DNA of 64,000 nt from Phoronis australis (lineage: Eukaryota > Animalia > Phoronida). Numbering within the stretch: the stretch's first letter is position 1; each line of letters begins with the position of its first letter. Made by a program: the position numbers and the translations under genes. The DNA is taken from positions 173,017-237,016 of the forward strand of contig NMRA01000387.1 in the NCBI GenBank assembly GCA_002633005.1, in the 5' to 3' direction. The notes under the pieces are model-generated. The model had not been told where the DNA came from. It saw only the letters and a list, made by a program, of their open reading frames with translations, and did not search any database. Positions 10,471-23,377 of the stretch are shown piece by piece.

Positions 10471-13400
10471 CCCTTAACAAGATGCAACTTTTGAGAAATT
10501 CCATTAAAATTGTAGCTTTTAACTTTCGTAGAGCAACAGCCTTGTTCTAAAAATATTAACATTTAACATCTTAACATGCATGTAGATTGAATGTCCAATT
10601 TAGTTTATTGCTTTTGTTTTTAATCGGTTTCATTTGCTTCTTTACCTTACCCTGCCTCTGTACACTATAGTTGGTGTCAGTGACATTCCCCTCTAATCGT
10701 ACTCCTGTGGTTTTAGTTTCAGTAACATAGTTGGTAGCCCCAGTAGCTCTGAAGATGGAAAGAGAGAAAAGTCAAAAACTGTCACCACCATATGACTATA
10801 GTGGTATGGGATGGCGAACATGGCATGTTGATACTACTGTTTAATGTTTTTAAGACATAGTTAACGTTTACTGAACAGAATGAAAAGTGAAAAAGATATT
10901 CAAAAATAGTACCATGCTCTGGTTTTAAATTAATATCCTTTTTCAGCATACTGTTGTAAAGTTTTACACAGTGTAGCCAGTATAAGTTTTTGATATTCAT
11001 TTGACTTGTACATTGGAGTTTTGGATTTCGGGTTTGTGTTTAGGGATCAAAAGACATTTTGAGGGATTATTAAAGGCAACAAGTAGTTTCAGCAAGATGT
11101 TTGCCAATGTTCGCCCAACCCTGTACCACATTGTCAATTGTACATACTAACTGTTAATATCTGCTTATTTCATTCATTGGGTGGCATACCCAATGGCTCT
11201 GGATGAAATTTTTTGACAAATTTTATCGAAAAGTTTGAATTGTGCAACTTGTACAAACGGTGTTGTATTTTATTGTTTGTTTTGTTTTTTTGATAAGTTA
11301 TTTCACATAATTATTAAGTTTTCATTTTTTGAAGATTACCTCCATGTACTTTTCGTTACTGCCATGCTTTCTGTAGCCAGTCAAGTTTCACTGCTACGTT
11401 AACACTTTGAAGTCAAATCTGTATTGCCTTGAGGGGGTTCTCTGTCACACTATGGATTCAATGGCGCTGTTGAAAAATTCATGTCTCAGACTGCATTGTT
11501 TAGTCAAAACTTTCTACTGACTACTGTAAAATTGCAGACTGTGCACATGACTGCAAAACGTCCAGTTTAGTTATATCTTTTATCACAGTGCTTTTCTTTC
11601 TGCATCCATTCGAGTTAATGCATTAAAATGAGTGAAAAAGAGGAGAGCCCAAAAGTTACTGCTGGAGCACTTCTTATATAAGCACGGAATTTTCTCTTTG
11701 AATGTCAAGGAAGGTTGACACCTTCTGTTCAGCTATATTTACTGGCCAGATTGGCGCTGAAACTTGAATTGTGCCTTATACAAGTTGACATTCTGCTCAT
11801 TCAATAACTTTCAATAGAGGGCGAGTAAGGTTACAGGTTTTTTGGTGTTACACTAGCATGATCTTGCATTATCTCCCCTGCTAGATGGTAGCCTCGTACA
11901 ATACGGGCATGACTAAATCTTTGATTCTGGCTCTTGACATATGTCATATTGTTCACTTTCTCTTTAGTTCTATAACCAGTGCAATATGTATATAATTTAC
12001 TAAAACTCAGTTCTTTGAGTCTCAGCGAAGTCCTAACTATTTGTAAGTCAGCGGGGATCATTTGCATGACTATCCATACTTTCACTGACAAGATTCAGTT
12101 TGGTTTCGATGAATGTTGTAATCATCTTCAGATTGTCAATTTTTTGATTGGCGTGCCTTGCATGTGATCCTGTCTGACTTCAAGCAATGCTCCGCCCACA
12201 TTTTCAGAATTCTTTTTTTTTCTCATGTTGCATTCATCTCATTGGTCAAGCATAAGATCCCCAATGGCAAGGTGTAAAATTGTTGATACAATTTTATACA
12301 TTTTTCACTTATAATAGAGTAAGTCCAGTTCATTCAATACATTCTATGAAGCTTAATATTAGCTTGTCTGCTTGAGAGCGTTACCAAAATTCTTGCTGGT
12401 GCCGGTGAATTTTATTGTTGATGATTATTGAAGATTGTTTAGTGGAATGTTGGGTCCCACTACTTTGCATAATATTTTAATCAAATAATTCATGTACAGT
12501 AAACCAAAATTGTGCTATTTTAATATCAAGTGCCTGTAGGAATTTTTAAAATTTTGAATAATTCTGCTCAAATTCATTCTGGACCAGATTTTGGTGTTGA
12601 TGTTTGAGGTTGTAAAACTGATGTTTTAGTGTTGGTGCTTTGAATGTTACAAATGGTTTCTTTCACTTGATGTGGCTAATTGTCAAGTGACTTGATATTT
12701 TTATGAATATTTTCCATCTTTAAGAGGCTAACATTCCACGATTCTATTTAATGTTTTAGAATTGGAATTGTAAATAAATTTCTATCTAAATGTCCGTGTT
12801 TTTCATCCATGTTTATTGGGATTTTTTTGTATTGACCAGAGATGAATGCAATTTATGTTCTTTTTATGTGCCCACAGACTCATATGGGGGGACATTCGTC
12901 ACTCTGTTGTTGCTTTTACTTGGCAGTATGATTGTATCAGAAACCACTTGTCAGGTTTTGACAAAACTTAAGAGAGGCATTCCTATAGGAGATTTGCTGA
13001 CCCCAGTCGATTTTCAGGCATTTCAAATGTAAGATACAAGTGTAATTTTGAATTTGAGTTTCGTTGAAATTCTCATGGCTTTGTCAATTTTTTGGTGCAG
13101 ACTCTGAAGAAAGTGGACGAAAATAACTCTAAGTCATTTGAAAATTGACTGTAAATTTTCGCTTGGAATTTCACCGATTTTCGACGAGAAGAGTTTTGTC
13201 AACGTTTTAAAAAATACTATGTTGTTCTTGACAAGATGTGCCTTGTTTAATGGTCATTGTCCAAGCGTCTTGACGAGATTGAAAGAAATTTGCCGCATAG
13301 CCTCATGTAGTAATGCACGTTCGTCTGTTGAGTTTTAGATGGATTTAACTAACATAACTTCCCTGTTGGTCAATTTCATGTCCCACAAAGCATTTTCATC

Positions 13401-16400
13401 AAAGCTGTTGTTCCCGGTGGAAATTGGCAGACACCAAATGCTTCTTGGGTGAATTTGACTTTTGCTCCTTTTCCTAGTTTACCACTTTAGTTTTTTGATA
13501 TCCTTAGTGCTTGTTGATTTCAAAATGGCCTGTCAGAATTATTGTAATGAAGTTGGCAGAGTCTGGTATGGCTTGTGGGCGAATCGGTGAAGTGGTCATA
13601 TCGCATTACTGTAAAACAATAGTTAGATTTCAAAATTGAAATGAGTAAATTTGACTAAGTTATGGTGCACAAAACAGTGACTATTTTAATAGTATTAAAA
13701 TATTAAAATATTTTACTGGTAAGAATCTATTTGCTAAGTGTCCACGTGTTGTTCCACATAGCCCTCCAAGCCAAGCATTTCACAAGCGCGCTCTTTTATT
13801 GACAAAAGCTCGAGAATTCTGGCATAAAGTTCGTCCAAGTTTGACAGAATCTTGAGTTCTGTGTAAGTTTGAACAGTTTGTTTTGAAAACTACTGTTTTA
13901 CTAATGAACAGCCTTAGTGTCATAATTGTTGTGATGCGCAACAGGGGCACATGTTAACTTTGCTTCATGTTGGCTCTTCACCATCTAACACAATGATTAT
14001 GAACTGGGGTCTGCCTTCTGCACACCTAAACTGAAAAAAATTCTACATTACATCATCCGCTATTCAAAATTCACCAACATTCTTTTGGGGCATTAAGGTC
14101 ATTCAGATAACGCTAAATCGTCATGAAAGACCATCCGGAGTTGGTATATGATGCAACTCCGGACGGTCTGGGGTCAACAGAAAACCAAAGTTCAACTGTG
14201 AGTCTACACCAATGTGACAAACGAGAGTAGTTCTACTTGATATGTCAGCTGCAGGTATGCTTATCTCTTGTGACACATAATGTGTGACTGGGCAAAGCAT
14301 TTTCAAAATAAATCAGCGGAGTGTGAGACCCCTGAGGTCCCTGTCAAGTCCTCACAACAATTCTAGGTTATGATTCAGGTGGGTTAGGCACACAAGTTGG
14401 ACTTCCCTATTGTGGTGCACAGTCAGTTGTTGCAGTCAGTCCTGATCACTGGTATTCAATCCCTGTTGCCTAATCCCCAAACAAAAGGAGCAGTTGATTA
14501 CAACTTTGAAATACATTCAGGCTTGGCAGTTGGGAAATGACCATGTAAGACCCAATGGGATCACCCAAGACTTCACCAGATATTGCCATGCATAACTACC
14601 AAAGCATGATGTAACACCTTATGGGATCACACAAGACTTAAGGTGATATTGTCATGCATAGTGTGGTCATATTTAGCTTTTCATGCCAGTGTATTGGGTC
14701 TACCAAACCCAGCCCAGGTTAGTCAATTGACACTTATAAGCTTAGAACTATAATATCATACAAAGTGATTTCCATCTCCAGACAAAGTTTCAAAATAAAT
14801 TAAAATGTCATTAATTTGAACAACGAAGATTATAGCCGATCAACCCTTCAAAGATAGGGCTGGCAGTCATGATATCTAAATTCAATCTTGCTTAGGACAA
14901 ATTTTCATAGCCATTGGTACATTTGAGAATCATTATTCAAGTTTAAGCTGTCATTTGGTTGTAAATGGGGGTTATAGTAAGTTGTGGATATTTAAGGGCA
15001 AATACAAGCCATTCAGTGTGCCCAGATTCCGCTTTTGGATACCAGTGAAGCTCTTATGGAAACTATAGTGTTTGTTGCTAGGATCATGTGCAATGGAACT
15101 ATGCAAGAAGAGAAAAAATAACACATCCCACAAAAATTCTCAAGCAAAGTTCCACCTTTGGTTTTGTCCTTTAGATGGTTTCATTTTTGGCATCTAGGTT
15201 GAAGCTGGGTGCTGTAAAATTCACATAAAAGCTCTTTGTTTCATTTTTAAATTTGGGCAGTTTTTTGAATCATTAATTTCCACACATTTTGTGTATTATG
15301 ACCATATTTATGTGAACTTAACAGCATGTGGTGATTGTTTTTTCAATTATTTCTACGTAATATTTTTAGTCAACCCATTTGGACTCGACTTATCATTGAG
15401 GAGTTCATTGGGGTTGACCAAACCTAATGCTACAGGTTTGAAAATGACACATATGCTTTGCCTTGACTTGAGTTACTGACTCATTCGAGACTAATTCAAG
15501 GTTGTATGACAGTGTTATCTCCACGATGATATTTTTCTAAAGTTACGTTTCTGGAAATTCACTGTACAGTTACTGACAAAAATATGTTTCAGCAGTGATT
15601 TAAGCATATTAATTCAAAATTCTATTCATCAAGACAGTTTCGACGTTGCATGCAAAGCTGACTTCCCCATGATCACTAGTCAGAGCACCTGATCAGGGAT
15701 GTCCCTCCGTTTGAATGCATGGTTAACAATCACAAGAATGTAGTACAAATTGAATTTGAATCTGAAAACTGAAGGCATGGTGAGAAGTGGTTTCTATGGT
15801 TGGGAACATCTGATAGTTCATTTTTGCTCAAGCATGTCCTGAACACATCCTAAACAAGAATCCTTCAGCAGGACAGGTTGTATAACCGTATGCATTCTTT
15901 CTGGCACAGCTTCTATTGTGAGTCAGTCATGCATATAATTAGCTGATAACCATGCTGGAAACTACTTTCCAATTAATATTACTTGACCAATTTTGATAAT
16001 TCAAGAACTGGACCAGGTATAGTCTAATTTTTACTCCTCTTATTCAGATTTTATGGTTTCCATTGGTTTTCAAGTCCAAAAAAATGGATAAACAGAGCCT
16101 TGGTGCTTTCAAACCTTTTTATATATGATCTGACAAGAAATAGTAATCACCCTCACTATGTGACTAAGTGAATAGGATCACTGCACTGATGACTAGCCCC
16201 CCCCCAGTGAGACTGGAATGTGGATAGAAGGATTAGTCTGATCTTGGTCACTTGACATTGGAGAAATTCATGATTTTCTCCAAATCTATCATTATCTCAT
16301 TTATAGGGGATGTTTACAGAATGCTAGGCACATTGACTAACCTGCCATGACAAGCCAAATTGCAGATCCTGGTCTTAAACAATATAATCAACTGTCAGTC

Positions 16401-17244
16401 TTTTTCAACATTACCTCACTTATTTTAAATGATCTCTAGCTTAAGTTAGGGACCTACAAGTAAGTGATGTTTTTTGACGAAAGGCATGTTTATAGTAACT
16501 TTGATCTCCTCGTATCTTATGTGACAGTACGAAGTATTACCATGTTGACCTCATTACGGCATTTTAACCGTTGCTCCCAACTAGTCCGATTCTAGAGCCC
16601 AATAACAAGTTGGGATGTTTACCCCTGTAGCCAATATCTTACAGGACTGATTAACTTCATTCTGACATTTATGGTTGGAGGGCCAGCTCTCTTTTATTCG
16701 ATAATTGGTCTAATCTCCAATAAGATCATATCTAGCCTGACTGGGTTGTGCTGTTAAAAATAAAAGTTACGTTATAACATATTTAAACATAAAACAATAA
16801 CATTTCTGACTTCCCCGTCAAATCTTGTGGTGATCATGTTTAGTTTTTGAATCGCCAAAATTGTCCAACTGCAACCAAAGTTACGACAATCTATTCTTTC
16901 CGAATACACCAATGCACTCTGGGTTTGACTGTGTTCACAAGTGGTCTGTAATAAGCCTGGTAGATAATTGGCCTGCCTGTTGTCCTAACAGACAAAAGAC
17001 TGTGCTTGGTAGTTAACAATAGATGTTATCACAGGCTCACCACCCCCTATGTCTGGTTAAGTTTCTGAATGGGAAAACTAAAAACGCTGCCATGTGATAG
17101 AAAAGTTGCCACCACCTAGAGAGTGATATGACAATTGGACCATTGAGGGCAAGTCTTGGGGTTGACTGTATGGTAAGTCATTCTTAGCAACTTGTAGATC
17201 GAAGTTTCTATTTGGCAATGTATTCAAGTTTGATTGTCTTTCAG

Positions 17245-17418
17245 CTTTGCAAATCTGTTCACTTCATCTAACAAACCTTCAAAGCGCCCTCTACCATCTG
17301 CCACGGTGAGGTACAAAGCTCCAACGACCGAGGTTCATCCACTTGGAGACCCCAACAAAAAGAAACGGGAGAAATACGCAGGCAAATCAAAGGCTTATGA
17401 TTTTATGGAGGATGATGG
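17245..17418 (+). CDS. MAPK8IP3: JIP3/4 exon (FANLFTSS...FMEDDG)
   Basis: tttcag acceptor, GG|gtaatg donor; completes the IWNFFANLF motif. Confidence 0.9.
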
Positions 17419-17960
17419 GTAATGTATTTTGTAGCTTCGGATGAACTTTATTGCTTGTGTTATGGAGTGCGATGTTCCAGGTTATGCAGGAATCATCTCT
17501 TCATTTTACACAGAAAAATTTCATCTAGATCCAAATGCAAAACAATTTTGTCAAAACTGTTTACCAAATGACTGGTACTCTTACAAATTGACACCATCGT
17601 TTTCATAATAAATATGTTACAAATAGAATTTGCTGTATTTCTGATTATGTACCGTAAAACGGTAAGCAAAGTTTAATAATGCAGAACTTCACTTTTTAAA
17701 GAAAAAGTTAAACAAAAATTGTGCTGTATTTTATGATATGTTCACATTTTAGTGATATTGTCAGTTATTTATTTGTAACAAGATTCATTGGTAAATAAAA
17801 AGGATTTTCTTTAATTGAACAATGAAATGTAAATCAAAAATTTGTTGAACTTGAATCTTTAATCTTTACTTTTATTGCTAAATAAAATGCCAATATTTCA
17901 CTTCCTAAAGAGCAGCACGTGTGTTCTTGATGATAAGGGTCAAATGCTTCCATTTTACAG

Positions 17961-18189
17961 CGTGTCAGACAAGTCTAGAAAAGAGCGTGAAAGGGAGCGC
18001 CGAGAGCAATACAAGCAAGTGAGAGCACATGTCAAAAAAGACGATGGACGTCTGCAGGCATATGGGTGGAGCCTACCCGCCAAACTGACGACTATCCCCA
18101 CCCACCAAAGCTCGCAAAACAAACCACAGGTGCCAGTACCTGTCCCTGTCTATTGCCGCCCTCTGTTGGAGAAAGAACATGGAATGAAG
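17961..18189 (+). CDS. MAPK8IP3: JIP3/4 exon (REQYKQVRAHVKKDDGRLQAYGWSLP...PVPVYCRPLLEKEHGMK)
   Basis: ttacag acceptor, AAG|gtgggt donor. Confidence 0.96.
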
Positions 18190-19754
18190 GTGGGTTGTTG
18201 GTTTTTCTATAAATGATATCAGTGATATTTCTGCCACATTTTTGGTAAACAACTACTAACTTGACAACTGATGTGAATTGAATTTGAATGATTCAGGTAA
18301 TTAAATTTTTGTGAGAGTCAGGGATGTCATTTCCCGTTATCGAAGTAAAAGTATCTTAGACATTGTTTTAAAACATTCCTCATTATTTTTCAACTTTAAA
18401 CCAGTCAATCTTTTGTGAGTCGAGCATTTCAAAAGTTTATCTCATCAATACACAGATTTTGCCGTAAACTGTCCTGCTAGACCAATAGGGAAACAAAGTC
18501 AAGGATTTTGGCCTACAGTACATAGCATTAACTAAACTACCGTGAAGCACAGGTATTGAATCAGATACACAGTCATACAGTCGTTCATTTTGTCTTAGTA
18601 TTGTGACAGAAGCATGATAAGTTAAAATTTAATCAGATTTTTTGGTGCAATGGGGACAGAAATGTCCATGAATGATGATAAGATCCACAATACTAAGAGC
18701 TCTATTATGTAACATGTTTAAACCACGAAGGGTCTTTAACACTTGCAATATGGTGGTCTGATCATGATAATCACTGAAATGTACTTATAAAAGCTCCTGT
18801 GTTGTGATGTACTGAAGTTATAAACTCTGTCTTGGAAGATTTTAAAGTAGCTATAAACTCGACTTTCATTACAAAAATCAGCTTTAGATTTAGAACTCTT
18901 ACCAATAGGACACAGATTGTCCTCAGTCAGATTGGAGGTGATTTCAGGACTGGAGACACTGACAGTACATTATTGCTTGAAATGAGCCTCTACTATTTGG
19001 CAAGTCATGACATGTCATTTTATGCCNACCGAACATGATCTAAAAGAATATTAATGAAATTCAGTTCTTTGCAAACACAGAAAACCCTTCTTATCTGAGT
19101 AAGGAACAACTTGAAATCAAATTTTCAATGGTTGTGGTCTAAATCAAAGTTTTGCTTTGTAGACAGAACATGGATTGATAACGTCTTTAAATTAATTTGT
19201 AAATTCTTAAAGCCATTAAGCGTGTAACAATCAGCCCTTACCTTGAATGAAACCATGAGTTTTGGCAATGCTCCTATCTGTATTCATTGAGAAAAATCAA
19301 AAAGATCTCCAAGAAGGCATAAGTGACATACACTGTATCGTTCAATGGTTATACAGTGTTTAGTGGTTGTGTTTCATATAGGGTTTTGGCCTAGACTAGT
19401 GCATTTTGTTTGCCGGTTTTGTTTATTAATTCAAGGCTGTGGAAATGCCATGCACGCAGGGGTTGATAAAATAAAATTTTTAACAATGTGTGCTGACTTT
19501 CATCTGTTTTTCTTGCTTTCACGTCTTGTTCCAAAGTTCAAAATAAACAAAGTAAATAGACGATCAGTTCTGGATATTTGTCACAGAAACGGAAAGTTCA
19601 CAACAGACAAAAGTGTCGTAAACCAAGTTTAGTGTTCATGCGCAAACACCAATTTACAATAAGTGTTGTAAAGCAATCTGCGTTTATGCACGAATACCAA
19701 ATCAGTCCCATTTTCAAGCATAGCTTTACAGATATCAGATTCTGCCTTAATATG

Positions 19755-19977
19755 TGGTAAAATCTCACCAATTTTGGACAAAAAGAATTTAACAAAATGA
19801 CATTTTTGTGTTTTCAGGCATTTCTCACATTGTTGCCTGCATTTTTTCGAAACTTTATCTAAGGCAGTTGTAGTAGAAAACTTGAAAATGGAGAAGAATA
19901 ATATGTTTTATGCAAAAACTGATAGAATGAAAATATTCGCTTGTCGTCCACAGTTTCATAATGGAGAGCTTTTACCA
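19755..19977. mobile_element. MITE (ggtaaaatctcacca TIR family)
   Basis: Imperfect TIRs; same family as 53189-53426. Confidence 0.55.
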
Positions 19978-21589
19978 TTTTGCATATCGCTGTGGTCATT
20001 CTCCTTTGATGTAGCTCACTGCATATCAGATATGTGGGTGGCTAGTCTGCCTTGATGTATCTTTAAATATCTGGTCATTAGTTCTAAATGTAGCTTAACT
20101 GCACATTTGCTATGCCCGCCTACAGCGTATGAGATAATTGTGTGGTAGTTTTACCGTGGTGCACCTTTATTGCATATCAGATATGTGGTTGTAACCTGTA
20201 GTTTGTAGGTGACAGCTGTAAATGGACAAGCCATGAACTCAAGGTTTGAATGATGGCTTCTTATCCATTTCATTTCATCTCCCTGCATGCTGATGGTTCT
20301 TATCACAATGGCTTCACTTGGTTGACACAGAAATGCATGTTGCATCACCATAGTGGCTTCAATTGAATCATTTTAGGCAATAATCTTTTGACAAATTTAA
20401 GGAGCAAAGCTTGATGCTGCGCTGTATTTAATCTCATCCTACACTGTCTATTTTTGCATTTTTCGTATTTTTACACTTGAAAACCTCCAGAATTTGATTT
20501 TTTGACTTAATATAAATCTGTCATTAATTGGGTCACAAGCCCATGTCTTTTTAATAAAAAACAAAAAATTGTTATAATTGGTCGGGATGAAATTTCAAAA
20601 ACACTGTTTCAGTTTTCTAAACAACTGTTTCGTTTTTGCCCCTAATGTAAGTTTAACATTAAAAATACGACTAACAGCATTTTGGAAAGATGTGCGTTAA
20701 AGCTAAATCGCAATATCTGAAAGTTTCGTTTCATTCTGCTATTTGGGAGGAAAGATGTTCCAAAGTTATCCAAATTTTAATGTTTTTCTAGGGTCTGACA
20801 TAACCTTAACTGGCAAACAGAATTCAGTGTCATATAAACTCTTAGTATTGGGTGTTTTTGTTTGGTATTTATTATATATTAGTCACAGATAAATCTGACA
20901 TTCTTGAGACTGACTGGTAAAGTCGTGCGATTTTCTGACAACCGCAAGGTGATTTTTCATCCACAAAATTCCGTAAGGACCCTTTCAATAAAAGGAGTTG
21001 GCACTTTTGTAGTCTTGTATTGCCTACCTGGTAACACACCAGTCCCCTACATCATGAAGATATAAAAAAAAAAACAATAAGACATTTCCTTCAAGCCCAC
21101 GCTTGTGTTCAGTTTGCCTTCCATGGACATGAAGTTTTAATTACCATGTGTCTCCATCACCCTGCCGCCTTTCTAATGATGAATTTTAACAGCTTTACTA
21201 TGCACTTTATAGTTTGTAAGTAGCTTAAATGCTGCCAGGATGTGCTCCAGATTGCAGGTGAAAGTACTAACACCTGTATGCACCCAGTGTGACTTCTGGG
21301 TCATTTAATGAGTTTGCAACAAAAGACAATTATATTTGATGATAATTTTGGCTTATGTGTGGGTTAAAGGTAATTCCAGTGTGAAGTCTTGTTTTATACC
21401 CAAAGCACAGCATGCTGTTTGTTAAGGCAATTACTTCACTCTATAACAGTGCACACCTAGGACCATATCACTCCCAGTTGCACATAAAAGCCCTGCAGTA
21501 GTCACAGGTAATTGCCCTTAATTTTTGTGTTGTAAACAATATTTGTTGATAGATTACACAAATGCATACATGTTCAGTTAATTGGCATA

Positions 21590-21920
21590 ATAGGTTTAAT
21601 CCCTAATCACAGTTTTATTATAACATGCTGCCTTTCTTTCTTGTTCTGACACCTGCCAGGTGACATGTCAACACTCATAATCCTTCCATTGTTTCCTTCT
21701 GGGTTCAACCATGTGACTGAAGCTGGCTTCCTATTGGCTGATGGTTTTCATGTGTCAGATGGCTGTCAGTAAGGTGTCCATGTTAATGGCAGGATTAGGT
21801 CTGTGTGTTATTCAGTCTATGGGGGTGACAACTGTCAGGCATTTAGTACAAGGTTCTTCCCTTGACGCCTGTCATTGTCTCTGTAGTATAAAGGCCCTGG
21901 TCTGGGCTGAATTGATCATA
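21590..21920 (+). promoter_or_regulatory. Promoter of the nested intronless gene
   Basis: TATAAAGG at 21887, Inr-like TCATA at 21916-21920, reverse CCAAT at 21733, eight TGACA/TGTCA at 21647-21874, three TAATCC/GGATTA. Confidence 0.65.
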
Positions 21921-21985
21921 ACCAATCGACCAGCCTTTGAATACACACATTTGACTGAGAAGACATTGGACACTTGATTGAAAGG

Positions 21986-22282
21986 ATGGAGAGGTTTCGC
22001 CTGCATGCACAACTCTACCAGACTCAACAGAAGTTCTTAATGAGCTGCACCCAACTCAAGTTGCTGGACCGTGAATTGAAGGACTTGTGTGTACGCCACA
22101 AGCGAGCAATGAGTAGGGGTAACAAAGGTATATCAGCCCAACTTTTCACCAGATGGATGTGCACGAACAATTTACGGCAGGTGTACTTCTGTTACGTCCA
22201 GGAAAAAGCACAGGAAGTAATCGACTTAAGATGGAAGGCATTTGGCGAAGACGACGACTGGAGGGACATATTCTCATCATAA
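21986..22282 (+). CDS. Nested intronless gene, 98-aa uncharacterised helical protein (MERFRLHAQLYQTQQKF...DIFSS)
   Basis: AGGATGG Kozak context, coding-like composition, own TATA promoter, ATTAAA at 22617; not spliceable into the JIP3 frame. Confidence 0.75.
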   Translation: MERFRLHAQLYQTQQKFLMSCTQLKLLDRELKDLCVRHKRAMSRGNKGISAQLFTRWMCTNNLRQVYFCYVQEKAQEVIDLRWKAFGEDDDWRDIFSS

Positions 22283-23230
22283 ATGGTCACATCATGTGCC
22301 TGAGAAACCAACAGTCCTTTTAAGGACTACCCACACCATCCAAAGAGATCTGTTCACTTACTGAGTATCATTGGACCAGTTAATTCACTTCATATGTTAT
22401 TGTTCCAAAATTTGTTCTGATGTTAACTGCTCACAATGCTGAAATACGTAAATCGGTTCCAAATTAGTAAAATTAATATTTTATACCATCATTGGAAATG
22501 TCATTTTTTAAAACGCCTTTTGAATTTCCCAAGCTCTGTATATAATGTGTTAGGAACATGCGTTACAAATATTATGATTATGAATTTCTGCTTTATTTTG
22601 GCATGGTTTAGTGTTCATTAAATCAACGCTTGATCAACTGCTGTTTATTGCTAATTAATATGGTAAGCCGTTGATCATTGGAAAAAATGCCAATGAATAT
22701 TGGTGGTAATTTGTGCGTGCAAAATGATATAATTAGGATTTCAGTAAAATGTCTGTTTGACAGTTTACATTCGAATAGGTGGTATTGCAATAATTTCCGA
22801 GTTGATGATACTAGCAAGTTGCAAAAATCTTCATATTACTTTACTGTCAAAAGTCGTGCTTTATCAGCACAGTTTGGCAATCAAGTATTAGTAAATTGTA
22901 AGTAATACAGTCAAGTTTTTATTTTGTGTTGGAGGCAAAAATCTTCAGTAAAAAACTCTCAATTAAATAATCGCCACTGTCTGCAATTTGTGTTTCTGAA
23001 ACTTGTTGGAGAAATTAAAGGGACCATTTACCAAGTATTTTTTACTGTGATTATGCACTGTCAGTAATAACCTCTGAGACTAGGAAACAACTGATCATGT
23101 GTTGTTTGGTCATGTTTTTAAACTCTGTTATTGTTTCTATCCATTTTAAGAATGTTCAAATAATCTCCCATGATGTTGAATACCACCAGTTGTATATTGA
23201 TGGACATATTATTCTCGGGTTTTATTACAG

Positions 23231-23377
23231 ATGTGGTGCGCTGCTGGAGTGACCTTGTCTGGTGGCCGCACGCAAGATGGCGGATCAGTAATTGGAGCTA
23301 GCGTGTTCTACACTAATCCACCAGAGGACACTGAGAAACCAACTAACGACTTGGAGAAACTCAGCAGTGAATTAGAT
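23231..23377 (+). CDS. MAPK8IP3: JIP3/4 exon (MWCAAGVTLSGGRTQDGGSVIGASVFY...)
   Basis: ttacag acceptor, GAT|gtaggg donor; conserved WCAAGV. Confidence 0.95.
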
